DNA from: an uncultured Chloroflexia bacterium
Lineage (GTDB): Bacteria; Chloroflexota; Anaerolineae; CG2-30-64-16
Direction: 5' to 3'
Assembly: GCA_963774265.1 (NCBI GenBank)
Contig: CAVZDU010000002.1
Coordinates: 384,001 to 448,000, forward strand
Length of the DNA stretch: 64,000 nucleotides
Shown here: positions 9,376 to 18,848 of the stretch, one piece after another
Numbering within the stretch: the first letter of the stretch is position 1
Layout of the letters: every line of letters starts with the position of its first letter
Notes under the pieces: model-generated
Databases searched by the model: none
What the model was told of the DNA's origin: nothing
Seen by the model: the letters and a program-made list of their open reading frames with translations, nothing else
Program-made: the position numbers and the translations under genes

Positions 9376-9657
9376 ATGGACGTACCTCGCAAGTACGGTT
9401 TGGTGCGCGCGATTGCCGCGTTCTTGAAGGTGCTGGCGGTCATCATCCTCATCCTGGGAATTGTCGCGGTGGTGGGTTCGTTGCAGTGGGGCAAACAGTT
9501 TGCTTTGCCCCAGTGGATAACGCTTGGGGGTGCGGTCGCCGCGCCTCTCATCGCGCTCCTGACGTTCTTGCAGCTCTATGCGTTTGGCAGCATTCTTTCT
9601 TTGCTGGTCAAGATCGAGGAACACACCCGTTCCATGCTCCAGACGCCACCCAAATAG
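9376..9657 (+). CDS. Small two-TM membrane protein
   Basis: Two hydrophobic segments; C-terminal LLVKIEEHTR; purine-rich SD. Confidence 0.7.
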   Translation: MDVPRKYGLVRAIAAFLKVLAVIILILGIVAVVGSLQWGKQFALPQWITLGGAVAAPLIALLTFLQLYAFGSILSLLVKIEEHTRSMLQTPPK

Positions 9658-9693
9658 ACTGCCCCTTCCTGCGCGCACCAATAGCCCGGATCA

Positions 9694-9729
9694 GGCACAG
9701 GCCGCTTCTACCTCGAAGTGGCCTGTGTC
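9694..9729 (+). terminator. Probable terminator hairpin
   Basis: GGCACAGGCCGCTTC pairs with GAAGTGGCCTGTGTC, followed by ATTTC. Confidence 0.5.
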
Positions 9730-9827
9730 ATTTCATACAACACCCATCCAACTTGCGAAAACCCCCTACTACAACTAAAATCTAACGTTGGCAGCATATG
9801 GCATTCTTCTCCTCAGGAGAGCAATTT

Positions 9828-11012
9828 ATGACACCTGTTAAGACCCTTGGCATCCTGACCGGCGGCGGCGACGTCCCCGGCCTGAACCCCTGTATCAAAG
9901 CTGTTGTGGACCGCGCCGTGGACGATGGCATGGAGGTCATCGGTTTTCGTCGGGGTTGGGCCGGCCCCATCAACGTCAACCCAAATGATCCCTCGGAAGA
10001 CTGGCGTTGGGTGATGCGGCTCAACAAAGCCGTCGTCCGCAAGATCGACCGCTCTGGCGGCACCTTCCTGCACACCTCGCGCACGCGTCCCTCGCATGTC
10101 AAACCGCAAGAGGTCCCTTCTTTTCTCAAGGATCAATTCAAGGTGACCGATGCGGCGCCTCAGGCGACAAGCGACACCGTTGACCTGACGCCCCACATCC
10201 TGCACGTGCTGGAACATCTCAAGATCGATGGCCTGGTTGCGATCGGCGGCGACGACACCCTGAGCTACGCCGCCCGCCTGCACCAGGAGAATTTTCCCGT
10301 CGTGGCCATCCCGAAGACGATGGACAACGATGTGTATGGCACTGACTACTGCATCGGATTCAGCACGGCTGTCACCCGCAGCGTGGACCTGATCGCCGGC
10401 CTGCGCACCCCCGCCGGCTCCCATGAGCGCATCGCCGTGGTCGAGCTCTTCGGCCGCAATTCCGGTGAGACCTCGCTCTTCGCCGCATATCTCGGAGGCG
10501 TCGATCGCGCGATCATCTCGGAGGTGCCGTTCGACATCGAGAAGCTGGGCGCGTTCCTGGTCGAGGACAAGCGGGCCAATCCGAGCAATTACGCGATTAT
10601 GACAATCTCCGAGGGCGCGACCATGACCGGCGGCGACATTGTCGAGGCCGGCGAGGCAGACGCCTACGGTCACCGCAAGCTCGGCGGCGTTGGCCAGATG
10701 ACCGGTGACCTGATCAAGAAGCTCACCGGCGAGAACATCATCTACCAGCAACTCGGCTATCTCATGCGCTCGGGTGCACCTGACTCCCTGGATCGCATGG
10801 TCGCGCTAAGCTATGCCAATCTGGCAACCGATTTGATCGTCCAGGGGCGGTCCGGCCGCATGGTGGCCCTGCGAGATGGAAAGTACACCCATATCCCGCT
10901 CAGCACCGTGATCTCAGGCATCAAGCGCGTGGACGTGGATGAGCTGTACGATAAGCAGAACTACCGGCCGAAGGTCGCCAACATGCTTGGCAAACCGATG
11001 TTCCTGTACTAA
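9828..11012 (+). CDS. 6-phosphofructokinase (PfkA family), probably PPi-dependent
   Basis: [39 protein letters not shown] and LGYLMRSG motifs; AGGAG SD. Confidence 0.92.
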   Translation: MTPVKTLGILTGGGDVPGLNPCIKAVVDRAVDDGMEVIGFRRGWAGPINVNPNDPSEDWRWVMRLNKAVVRKIDRSGGTFLHTSRTRPSHVKPQEVPSFLKDQFKVTDAAPQATSDTVDLTPHILHVLEHLKIDGLVAIGGDDTLSYAARLHQENFPVVAIPKTMDNDVYGTDYCIGFSTAVTRSVDLIAGLRTPAGSHERIAVVELFGRNSGETSLFAAYLGGVDRAIISEVPFDIEKLGAFLVEDKRANPSNYAIMTISEGATMTGGDIVEAGEADAYGHRKLGGVGQMTGDLIKKLTGENIIYQQLGYLMRSGAPDSLDRMVALSYANLATDLIVQGRSGRMVALRDGKYTHIPLSTVISGIKRVDVDELYDKQNYRPKVANMLGKPMFLY

Positions 11013-11037
11013 ACCGGACATCCTCGAAGTCTCTGCT

Positions 11038-11070
11038 AACCCGCACTTGGGCGACAAGTGCGGGTTTCTT
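11038..11070 (+). terminator. Intrinsic terminator after pfk
   Basis: AACCCGCACTTG-GGCGA-CAAGTGCGGGTT followed by TCTT. Confidence 0.75.
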
Positions 11071-11101
11071 ATTAATACGATGAACACAAAACTTAGCTAT
11101 G

Positions 11102-11110
11102 TGGTATACT
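11102..11110 (+). promoter_or_regulatory. Extended -10 promoter for the two-component genes
   Basis: TG-G-TATACT about 40 bp upstream of ATG 11147. Confidence 0.45.
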
Positions 11111-11146
11111 TTTCTGACGGACCGCTCCAGCGCAGGGGCAGCACTC

Positions 11147-12861
11147 ATGGCCGACACGTATGTCTACACCCCGGATCTCTGGCTACCGTTAGCTGGCGTC
11201 ATCGCCTTGGCCGTCCTGAGCCTGCATAGCTGGCGGCGCCGCAGCGTGCCCGCCGCGCTGCCGCTGGCCGCCGGCTCGCTTTTTGGGATGCTGTGGCTGC
11301 TGGGAATCGCTTTGGGAGTCTCGGCCGTTGCCCCGGCCACGAAAATCGCGTGGCACATATTCCAGGCTGCCTGGCAGCTGCCCGTGGCCACCGCCATGAC
11401 CTGTTTCGCGCTGGAATACGCCTATCCCGGCCGCTGGCTGACCCGCCGCAACCTGATGCTGCTCGCGCTGCCTCCGCTTCTGGTGCTGCTCCTGATGGTC
11501 TGCAGCAATACGCAGTTCATGTGGCGCCGGCTGGAAATCGCACCGGACGGATCGGTTGCGCGGGACCTTGCCATGCCGGGCGCGATGCTGGTGGTTTATG
11601 GATTGAGCCTGGTCCTGGTTAACATCACGGCCTTCCTCTGGCTCTTCATCCGCTCTCCGCAGCATCGCTGGCCCGCGGCGTTGATGCTATCCGGCGATCT
11701 CGCGAGCCGCGGCATGTACGCACTGTACCTGCTAAACGTCGCGCCGGCGCGTTCGCTGAGCTTGCTCGATTCTTTCGTCGTCGCTCAGCTCCTGGGCTGG
11801 AGCCTGTATGCCATCGCACTGTTCGGCTTCCGCATCTTTGACCCGCTGCCGGCCGCGCACGCGACGGCCGTGGCGCAGATGCCGGAGGGAATGGTGGTCT
11901 TCGATGCGCAGTGGCGCGTTGCAAGCCTTAACCCGCGGCCGCGGGTATGCTGTCGCTTCCGGCAGCACACATCCGCGGCAAGCTGCTGGCAGAGATCCTG
12001 CCGGAATACCGCGACGAGGTGGCGCGTTGCGCAGATACGGATGTCGTGCCCACGGAAATTAGCCTCGGGTCCGGCGCCAGCTTCCACCAGTACGACCTCG
12101 ACTTCAGCGTGCTTCAGGACTTTCGCGGGCTGGCCATCGGGCACCTGCTGATGCTGCGCGATGTGACCGAACGGCGCCGAATGCAGGCGCAGGTCCTGGA
12201 GCAACAGCAGACGCTGGCGGTGATCCGCGAGCGAGAGCATTTGGCACGCGAGCTGCACGACAACCTGGGCCAGGTGCTGGCGTTCGTGACGGCTCAGGGG
12301 CAGGCGATCCACCGCCTCCTGGCCCGCGGCGAGATCGCCGCGGCAGACGCCCACGTGGGGCGACTGGTCGAGGTGGCAAGCGAAGCTGACACGGACATAC
12401 GCGAGTCGATCCTCGGCCTGCGAGTTGCTTTCGACGCGCAGGGACTGCTGTCCGCGTTAGCGACCTACCTGAACCAGTACGAAAAGCGGTACGGAATCCA
12501 CACCACCCTGAATGCACCCCAGTCGCTCAGCGACGGCGCCTTTGAGCCCCTGACCGAGGTGCAGCTGCTGCGCATCATTCAAGAGGCGCTCACCAATGCG
12601 CGGAAGCATGCGCATGCGCGTTCTGTGGACGTCACATTCACTGTCACAGACGGCCATGCGCAAGTCACGGTGCAGGATGATGGATTCGGCTTCGATCGGC
12701 AGGCAATCTCAAGCGATCCAGGAGACCGGGTCGGCCTGCGCGTAATCCGCGAGCGCGCCGAAGAGGTCGGCGGTGCGCTCGCGGTGCAGTCGGCGGCGGG
12801 CGAGGGAACGCAGGTGATCGTGGCGGTTCCGCTGCGAAGGGCAGGGCGAATCGCGCCATGA
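11147..12861 (+). CDS. Sensor histidine kinase (HisKA_7TM-like input, PAS, HisKA_3, HATPase), frameshifted at ~11935
   Basis: Multi-TM N-terminus, then FDPLP, EREHLARELHDNLGQ, QEALTNARKHA, DDGFGF and GEGT. One missing G in AACCCGCGGCC separates ORFs 11099..12151 and 11947..12861. Confidence 0.85.
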
Positions 12862-12873
12862 AAGGTGGGGCTC

Positions 12874-13566
12874 ATGCGGGTTCTGCTGGTTGATGATCAC
12901 CGGCTCTTTCTCGAAGGCCTGCGTAATCTGCTCACCTCGGAGGGCATTGAGGTTATCGGGCAGGCGCACGACGGACTGGAGGCGTTGGCTGCGGCGCGTC
13001 GTCTGCGGCCGGACGTGATCCTGATGGACATCCATATGCCACGCTGCAACGGGCTGTGCGCCACGCGCCTGATCAAGGCGGAGATGCCGGAGTGCAACAT
13101 CGTTATTCTGACCATGTCGGAAGAAGAACAGGAGTTGTTCGAGGCAGTTAAGAGCGGCGCGTCGGGCTACCTGCTCAAACGCCTGGACGCTGAGGAGTTC
13201 TTTACCTATCTTGCGGAGCTGCAGGCCGGCCATCCCCCCTTCTCGCCCGGGCTGGCCGAAAAGATCCTGCAGGAATTCGCCCACGCCTCGCTCCGGCGCG
13301 AAGTTTCGTCCCCTCCGTCCGCCACACCGGGGTACGATCTGCCCACAGAGGACGGGGAGGAAGCCTCCTTGTCACCCCGGCAGATGCAAATCCTGACGCT
13401 CGTCAGCCAGGGCCAGACCTACCGGCAGGTCGCCCAGACGATCGGCATTGCCGAGCGCACCGTCAAGTACCATATGACCGAGATCCTCGCCCGGCTGCAC
13501 CTGGACAACCGCGCCCAGGTGATTGCCTATGCCACGCGCCTTGGGCTGACGAGCAAAATGAAGTAA
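12874..13566 (+). CDS. NarL/LuxR-family response regulator
   Basis: Receiver motifs VLLVDDH, LMDIHMP and GYLLK; LuxR HTH LSPRQ...RTVKYH. Confidence 0.93.
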   Translation: MRVLLVDDHRLFLEGLRNLLTSEGIEVIGQAHDGLEALAAARRLRPDVILMDIHMPRCNGLCATRLIKAEMPECNIVILTMSEEEQELFEAVKSGASGYLLKRLDAEEFFTYLAELQAGHPPFSPGLAEKILQEFAHASLRREVSSPPSATPGYDLPTEDGEEASLSPRQMQILTLVSQGQTYRQVAQTIGIAERTVKYHMTEILARLHLDNRAQVIAYATRLGLTSKMK

Positions 13567-13575
13567 TGTCCGCCA

Positions 13576-13645
13576 CTGTACTTAAGTGCAGTCTCGTGAG
13601 CTGCGAGACTGCACTTTTTTTCGCTTCCGGCTGCACCTTCGTACG
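13576..13645. promoter_or_regulatory. Terminator hairpin overlapping three phased CTG[CT]AC[CT]T repeats (candidate regulator boxes)
   Basis: Hairpin AAGTGCAGTCTCG/CGAGACTGCACTT plus T-run (13584-13622); repeats start at 13576, 13609 and 13631. Confidence 0.55.
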
Positions 13646-13704
13646 TTCCCCTTATCCTGCGCCAGGCGTAGCATGAGATGTGACGCCGATGCGTGAGGTG
13701 GGTT

Positions 13705-14037
13705 ATGAGCCCCAGAACTCGGGTGGCAGTGTGCGGCAGTTCCCTTTACATGGCTGGCCTGGCGGTCAGCCTGCGAGCGCACCAGGATTTCGACGTTGTG
13801 CGTATCCCGGCGATTACCGTTGCCCTGGCGCAAGGCCCTGACGAGCAGGCACCCGCGGTGGTCGCGTTTGATCTGGACGAAGTGACGGGGAACCTCGCCG
13901 TTGCGCTTCTGCGCGAGCGCCCGGACCTTCTGCTGATCGGCGTGGACCCTGACAGCGACAAGCTGCTCGTCCTGTCCGGCCATGCTGAGCAGGCGCTCAG
14001 TGTGGCCGATTTGGTGAAGGTCATCCACAAGAAGTAA
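13705..14037 (+). CDS. Small stand-alone receiver-like (pseudo-REC) protein
   Basis: GAGGTG SD; RVAVCG...GL..SL...PAVVAFDL...RERPDLLLIGV resembles a REC fold without the acidic pair. Confidence 0.65.
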   Translation: MSPRTRVAVCGSSLYMAGLAVSLRAHQDFDVVRIPAITVALAQGPDEQAPAVVAFDLDEVTGNLAVALLRERPDLLLIGVDPDSDKLLVLSGHAEQALSVADLVKVIHKK

Positions 14038-14070
14038 TCCAATTGAAAGAAACTCGCGAGGAGGAAACCC

Positions 14071-16283
14071 ATGCACAACAAAGCGATGCTCGTGCTGCTA
14101 TCGTTGTGTCTCCTGCTGCTTGCTGCGAGCCTGTGGGCCTGCAGCCCGGCCCCGATCATCCCTACCGCGCCGACACCGGCGCCCCGGTCGACCGAGCCGC
14201 CTGCCGCACCCACGCCCGAGGCTGCCGTGCAAGACGAATGGAGCCGGGTCCAGGCCGCGGGCGTGCTCCGCGTCGGCTGTCCGCTGGACAACCCGCCCTT
14301 CAACATGTACAACGCCGATTTCCAGCCTGACGGCTTTGACGTGGCCCTGATGACCGAGGTCGCTCAGCGGCTGGGGCTCAAGGTCGAGTTCAACGATTTC
14401 GCCTTCGATGGCCTGCTCGGTGCACTGCAATTGGGACGGGTCGATGCGGTGATCGCGGCGATGGCCGTTACGGACGAACGCCGGGCGGTCGTGGACTTCA
14501 CGAGTTCGTACTACCAGGGCGAAGACGTCATTCTGGCCGCGGCCAACTCGATGATCACGGCCGTTGCCGGCCGGGCTGACCTGGCACAGCGCCGGGTCGG
14601 CGTGCAGCGCGGCACCGTGTACGAAAGCTGGCTGCTCCGCAACATGGTGCAGACCGGCGAAATGCCGGCCGCGAACCTGCAGGCGTACTCTCAGCCCGCG
14701 GATGCGCTGGCCGCCCTTGCCGCGCGGCGCATCGAACTGGTCATCATGGATCGCGTGCCCGGCCTCCAGCAGGTGGCGCAGGGCAAAGCGAAGCCGGTGG
14801 GCAAAAGCCTGTACGTCCAGGATTTCGCGATCGCGACGCAGAGGGGCTCAGCCCTGACGCCGCAGCTGAACCGGGCGCTGGCCAGGGTCCTGGCCGACGG
14901 AACCGCCGCCCGGCTGGCCGAGAGCTATCTGCAGATCCCGGAGGATCAGTACACCCCGGTCCCACCGTCGCCTACCGATGAGCCGCAGCCCACGGCGGCT
15001 CCGACCGCGAAGCGGCTCCGACCGCGGCCCCCTCTCCCCCGCCTGCACTCATCGATGACATGGCCTGGGAGGATGACCTTTCTTACGACGACGAGGCCGG
15101 AGCGCCCGTCGTGCAGCCCGGCCAGGCGCTTCAAAAAGGCTGGCGCATCAGCAACAGCGGAACCACTACGTGGAGCGCGGACTACCGGTTCGTCTACGCC
15201 AATGGCAACTCACCGGTTTCGAACATGGGGGGCATGCCGGTCATGATCGGCCAGGCCGTCCCGCCCGGCCAGATGATCGACATTTACGTCGACCTCATCG
15301 CGCCGCAAGCGCCCGGCGTGTACCAGGGCTTCTGGCAGATGAAAAGCGCGGCCGGCAAGGGCTTTGGCGAGAAGGTGTGGATCAAGGTGCGGGTGCCCGC
15401 ACCGCCCACGGCTGTCCCGCCTCCCACCGCCGTCCCCGCGACAGGCATCTCTTTCACGGCCGACCGCTACCAGATCACGGCCGGGGAATCCGTCTGGCTC
15501 AATTGGAACGTGACGGGCGTTCAGAGCGTGTGGTTCTGCACCCCGCCCGGTCCCACATGCAGGGGCGTGGCGGGGCAGAGCCGGGAAAACGTGTGGCCCT
15601 CTGCGACCACGACCTATGTGCTGCGCGTGCAGCACATGGACGGCCGGACCCAGGAGGTGCCATTGACGATTACGGTGGGGCCGCCGGCAAACGCACCGAC
15701 CATCGTCGACTTCAACGCCGAGCGCTTAAACATCCGCGCGGGCGAGAGCCTGAATCTGTGGTGGAAGGTGCAGGGCAATGCCAGCCGGATCGCGCTGGTT
15801 CGCAATGGACACGCGCTCCGGGATTACGCCCTCTCGGAGGAGGGCCACCTGGACCAGCCGCCCGGCACTGGCCAGGTCATCTATGAACTCCAGGTGTGGG
15901 GACCGGGCGGCGGCGAGCCGGTGGCCAGACGCCAGATAGGCGTTATGATCGAGGCGGCGCCAGCGCCACCGCAGCCGGTCACCGTAGACGTCTACGGCTG
16001 CGGGGACGGCAAGAACTTACACCCCGGCGACACTTTGAGGGTCCACCTCGAGTCCGCAGGAGGAACGGGCTACGAGTGGGACCTGAAAGAAGTCGATCCG
16101 AACGTGCTCGTGCCCAGGGGGATTGATCGGCAGGAGGCAGGTGGGCTGGGCGGACCGGTCGTCTATACCTTCTCCTACCTGGCACAGCGAGGCACGACGA
16201 CGGTGGTTCTGGTCTTGTACCGCCCTTCCGAGGGCCCTCAGTTGGCAATCGAGACGTGCTACATCCCGGTGAATGTGCAATAG
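14071..16283 (+). CDS. Multidomain lipoprotein: amino-acid substrate-binding domain (SBP_bac_3), NBR1-Ig-like, two Ig-like and I42/chagasin-like domains; frameshift at ~15010
   Basis: GAGGAGG SD, lipobox LWAC; DNPPF, GFDV and GVQRGT (SBP); KGWRISNSGTTTW and APQAPGVYQGFWQM (NBR1-Ig); GTGYEW...YRPSE (I42). A one-base gap in the P/T linker joins the two ORFs. Confidence 0.78.
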
Positions 16284-16314
16284 CGCACGGGTCCACGTAG
16301 GAGCAACCCAATGG

Positions 16315-16344
16315 CAGGGGCGGGTCGTGCAATGCGACCCGCCC
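16315..16344. repeat. REP-like GC hairpin
   Basis: GCAGGGGCGGGTCG-loop-CGACCCGCCC; same G[CT]AGGGGC foot as copies at 18883-19032 and 20405. Confidence 0.5.
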
Positions 16345-16381
16345 GACCAGGAGTCAGGCAGGTCCATCGAGGAGGAACACC

Positions 16382-18826
16382 ATGAAGATCTCACGTCGGA
16401 ACTTTGTGAAGGGGTGGGCGGCCGCCACCGCAGCGCTTGCGACGGGAGGTAGCGTGGGGCAGCCGGCACAGGCAGCACCCGGCGAGGCGCCCAAAAAGCC
16501 GGGCGGGCGGGAAATCCTGCCCATGCCCGACATACAGCAGCCATACCCCTCAGCCTTGTACGGCAAGGATGTGGCGCCCCAACCGGCGAAGCCACTGCGC
16601 CCACCGGAGGGCGCGCCGAACGTCGTCATCATCCTGATCGACGACATGGGCTTTGGCGCCCCGAGCGCCTTCGGCGGCCCGATCAACATGCCCACCCTGG
16701 AACGCGTGGCGGCCGAGGGCCTGACGTACAATCGCTTTCACACCACCGCGCTCTGCTCGCCGACGCGCCAGGCGCTGCTCACCGGGCGCAACCATCACTC
16801 GGTCGGCATGGGCAGCATCACCGAGACGGCCACCACCGCGCCCGGCTACAACTCGATGCGCCCCAACAGCGCGGCCACCATCGCCGAGACGCTGCGGCTG
16901 AACGGCTACAACACGGCCGCCTACGGCAAGATGCACCAGACGCCGGTCTGGGAGGTCAGCCCCTCCGGTCCGTTCGACCACTGGCCGACCGGCGAGGGCT
17001 TCGAGAAGTTCTACGGCTTCGTCGGCGCCGAGACCAACCAGTGGGCGCCGACCCTCTTCGACGGCACCACCCCGGTCGAGCCGCCGGACGACCCGGAGTA
17101 TCACCTGACGCCGGACCTGGTGAACCACGCCATCGCCTGGGTGCAGGCGCAGCAGGCGCTGACGCCCGACAAGCCCTTCTTCGTCTATCTCTCGTTCGGC
17201 GCCACCCATGCGCCGCATCACGTGCCCAAGGAGTGCAGCGACAAGTACGCCGGCAAGTTCGACCAGGGCTGGGATGCGGTGCGCGAGACGACGCTGGCCA
17301 ACCAGAAGAAGCTGGGCGTCGTGCCGCAGGACGCGCAACTGACGCCCCGTTCGGATGGGATCCCGGCCTGGACGGAGCTGACCGCCGACGAGAAGCGCCT
17401 GGCCACCCGCCTGATGGAGGTCTATGCCGGCTTCGCCGAGCACACCGACGAGTACGCCGGGCGGTTCCTGGACGCGCTGCAGGCGATGGACGTGCTGGAC
17501 AACACCCTCGTCTTGTTCATCGCCGGCGACAACGGCGCCAGCGCCGAGGGTCTGCGAACGGGCACGTACAACGAAATGCTCACGATCAACTATGTGCCGG
17601 ATACGGTGGAGAACACATTGGCCCACCTCGACGACCTCGGCACCGTCAAGTCCTACAACCACTATCCGGCGGGCTGGGCGCATGCCATGAACTGCCCTTA
17701 CCAGTGGACGAAGCAGATCGCCTCGCACTGGGGCGGCACGCGCAACGGCATGGCCGTGCGCTGGCCCAAGGGCATCAAGGCCAAGGGCCAGGTGCGCAGC
17801 CAGTTCCACCACGTGATCGACATCGCGCCCACCATCCTCGAGTGTGCCGGGCTGCCCGAGCCGGTGATGGTGCACGGCGTGACCCAGAAGCCGATCGAGG
17901 GCGTCAGCATGGCCTACACCTTCGACGACGCCAAGGCGCCCGACCGCCACGTCACGCAGTACTTCGAGATGTTCGGCAACCGGGGCATCTACCACCAGGG
18001 TTGGAGCGCGGTGGTGCAGCACCACAGCTCGTTCGCGAGAGATACACGCACGTGGGCTGACGATCGCTGGGAGCTGTACGACGGCAACACCGATTGGACC
18101 CAGGCCGTGGACGTGGCGGCCAAGCACCCCGAGAAGCTGGCGGAGTTGAAGGATCTATTCCTGATCGAGGCCGGCAAGTACAACGTCTTCCCGCTGGACG
18201 ACCGCCGCACCGAGCTTACCAATCCCGAGCTCGCCGGGCGGCCGGACCTGCTGGGCGGGCGCACCTCGATGACGTTCTACACCGGCATGGGCCAACTGAT
18301 GGAGAATACCGTCCCTAACGTCAAGAACAAATCGCACACGATCACCGCTGACCTGGAGGCGCCGGCAAACGCCAACGGCGTAATCGTGGCGCAGGGCGGC
18401 CGCTTCGGCGGCTGGACGCTGTACGTGAAGGACGGCATTCTCAAGTACTGCCACAACTACGTGGGGATCGCCGAATACCCGGTCGTCGCGTCCGAGCCGC
18501 TGCCCGCCGGCCGGGTGACCGTGCAGTACAAGTTCACCTACGAGGGCGGTGCAAAGACGGGTGGGGGCGGTACGGGCGCCCTGTACGTGGGCAAAAAGAA
18601 GGTGGGCGAGGGCCGCATCGAGAAGACGGTTCCCTTCACGTTCTCATTCGACGAGACGCTGGACGTTGGGCGCGACCCGGCCACGCCGGTCACCGAAGAC
18701 TACCCGGCGCGCGACAACGACTTCAACGGCAAGATCTATTCGGTGACCGTCGACATCGGCAAGGACGCAGTGGCGTACTACGAGCCGCCGGAGAACATCT
18801 ACAACCGCCTGATGGCGAACCAGTAA
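16382..18826 (+). CDS. Tat-exported arylsulfatase (Cys-type formylglycine sulfatase)
   Basis: SRRNFVK Tat motif; PNVVIILIDDMG, LCSPTRQALLTGR (CxPxR), GKMH and GDNG; C-terminal LamG-like domain. Confidence 0.93.
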   Translation: MKISRRNFVKGWAAATAALATGGSVGQPAQAAPGEAPKKPGGREILPMPDIQQPYPSALYGKDVAPQPAKPLRPPEGAPNVVIILIDDMGFGAPSAFGGPINMPTLERVAAEGLTYNRFHTTALCSPTRQALLTGRNHHSVGMGSITETATTAPGYNSMRPNSAATIAETLRLNGYNTAAYGKMHQTPVWEVSPSGPFDHWPTGEGFEKFYGFVGAETNQWAPTLFDGTTPVEPPDDPEYHLTPDLVNHAIAWVQAQQALTPDKPFFVYLSFGATHAPHHVPKECSDKYAGKFDQGWDAVRETTLANQKKLGVVPQDAQLTPRSDGIPAWTELTADEKRLATRLMEVYAGFAEHTDEYAGRFLDALQAMDVLDNTLVLFIAGDNGASAEGLRTGTYNEMLTINYVPDTVENTLAHLDDLGTVKSYNHYPAGWAHAMNCPYQWTKQIASHWGGTRNGMAVRWPKGIKAKGQVRSQFHHVIDIAPTILECAGLPEPVMVHGVTQKPIEGVSMAYTFDDAKAPDRHVTQYFEMFGNRGIYHQGWSAVVQHHSSFARDTRTWADDRWELYDGNTDWTQAVDVAAKHPEKLAELKDLFLIEAGKYNVFPLDDRRTELTNPELAGRPDLLGGRTSMTFYTGMGQLMENTVPNVKNKSHTITADLEAPANANGVIVAQGGRFGGWTLYVKDGILKYCHNYVGIAEYPVVASEPLPAGRVTVQYKFTYEGGAKTGGGGTGALYVGKKKVGEGRIEKTVPFTFSFDETLDVGRDPATPVTEDYPARDNDFNGKIYSVTVDIGKDAVAYYEPPENIYNRLMANQ

Positions 18827-18848
18827 GGGACGGCGCAGGAGCAGACCG

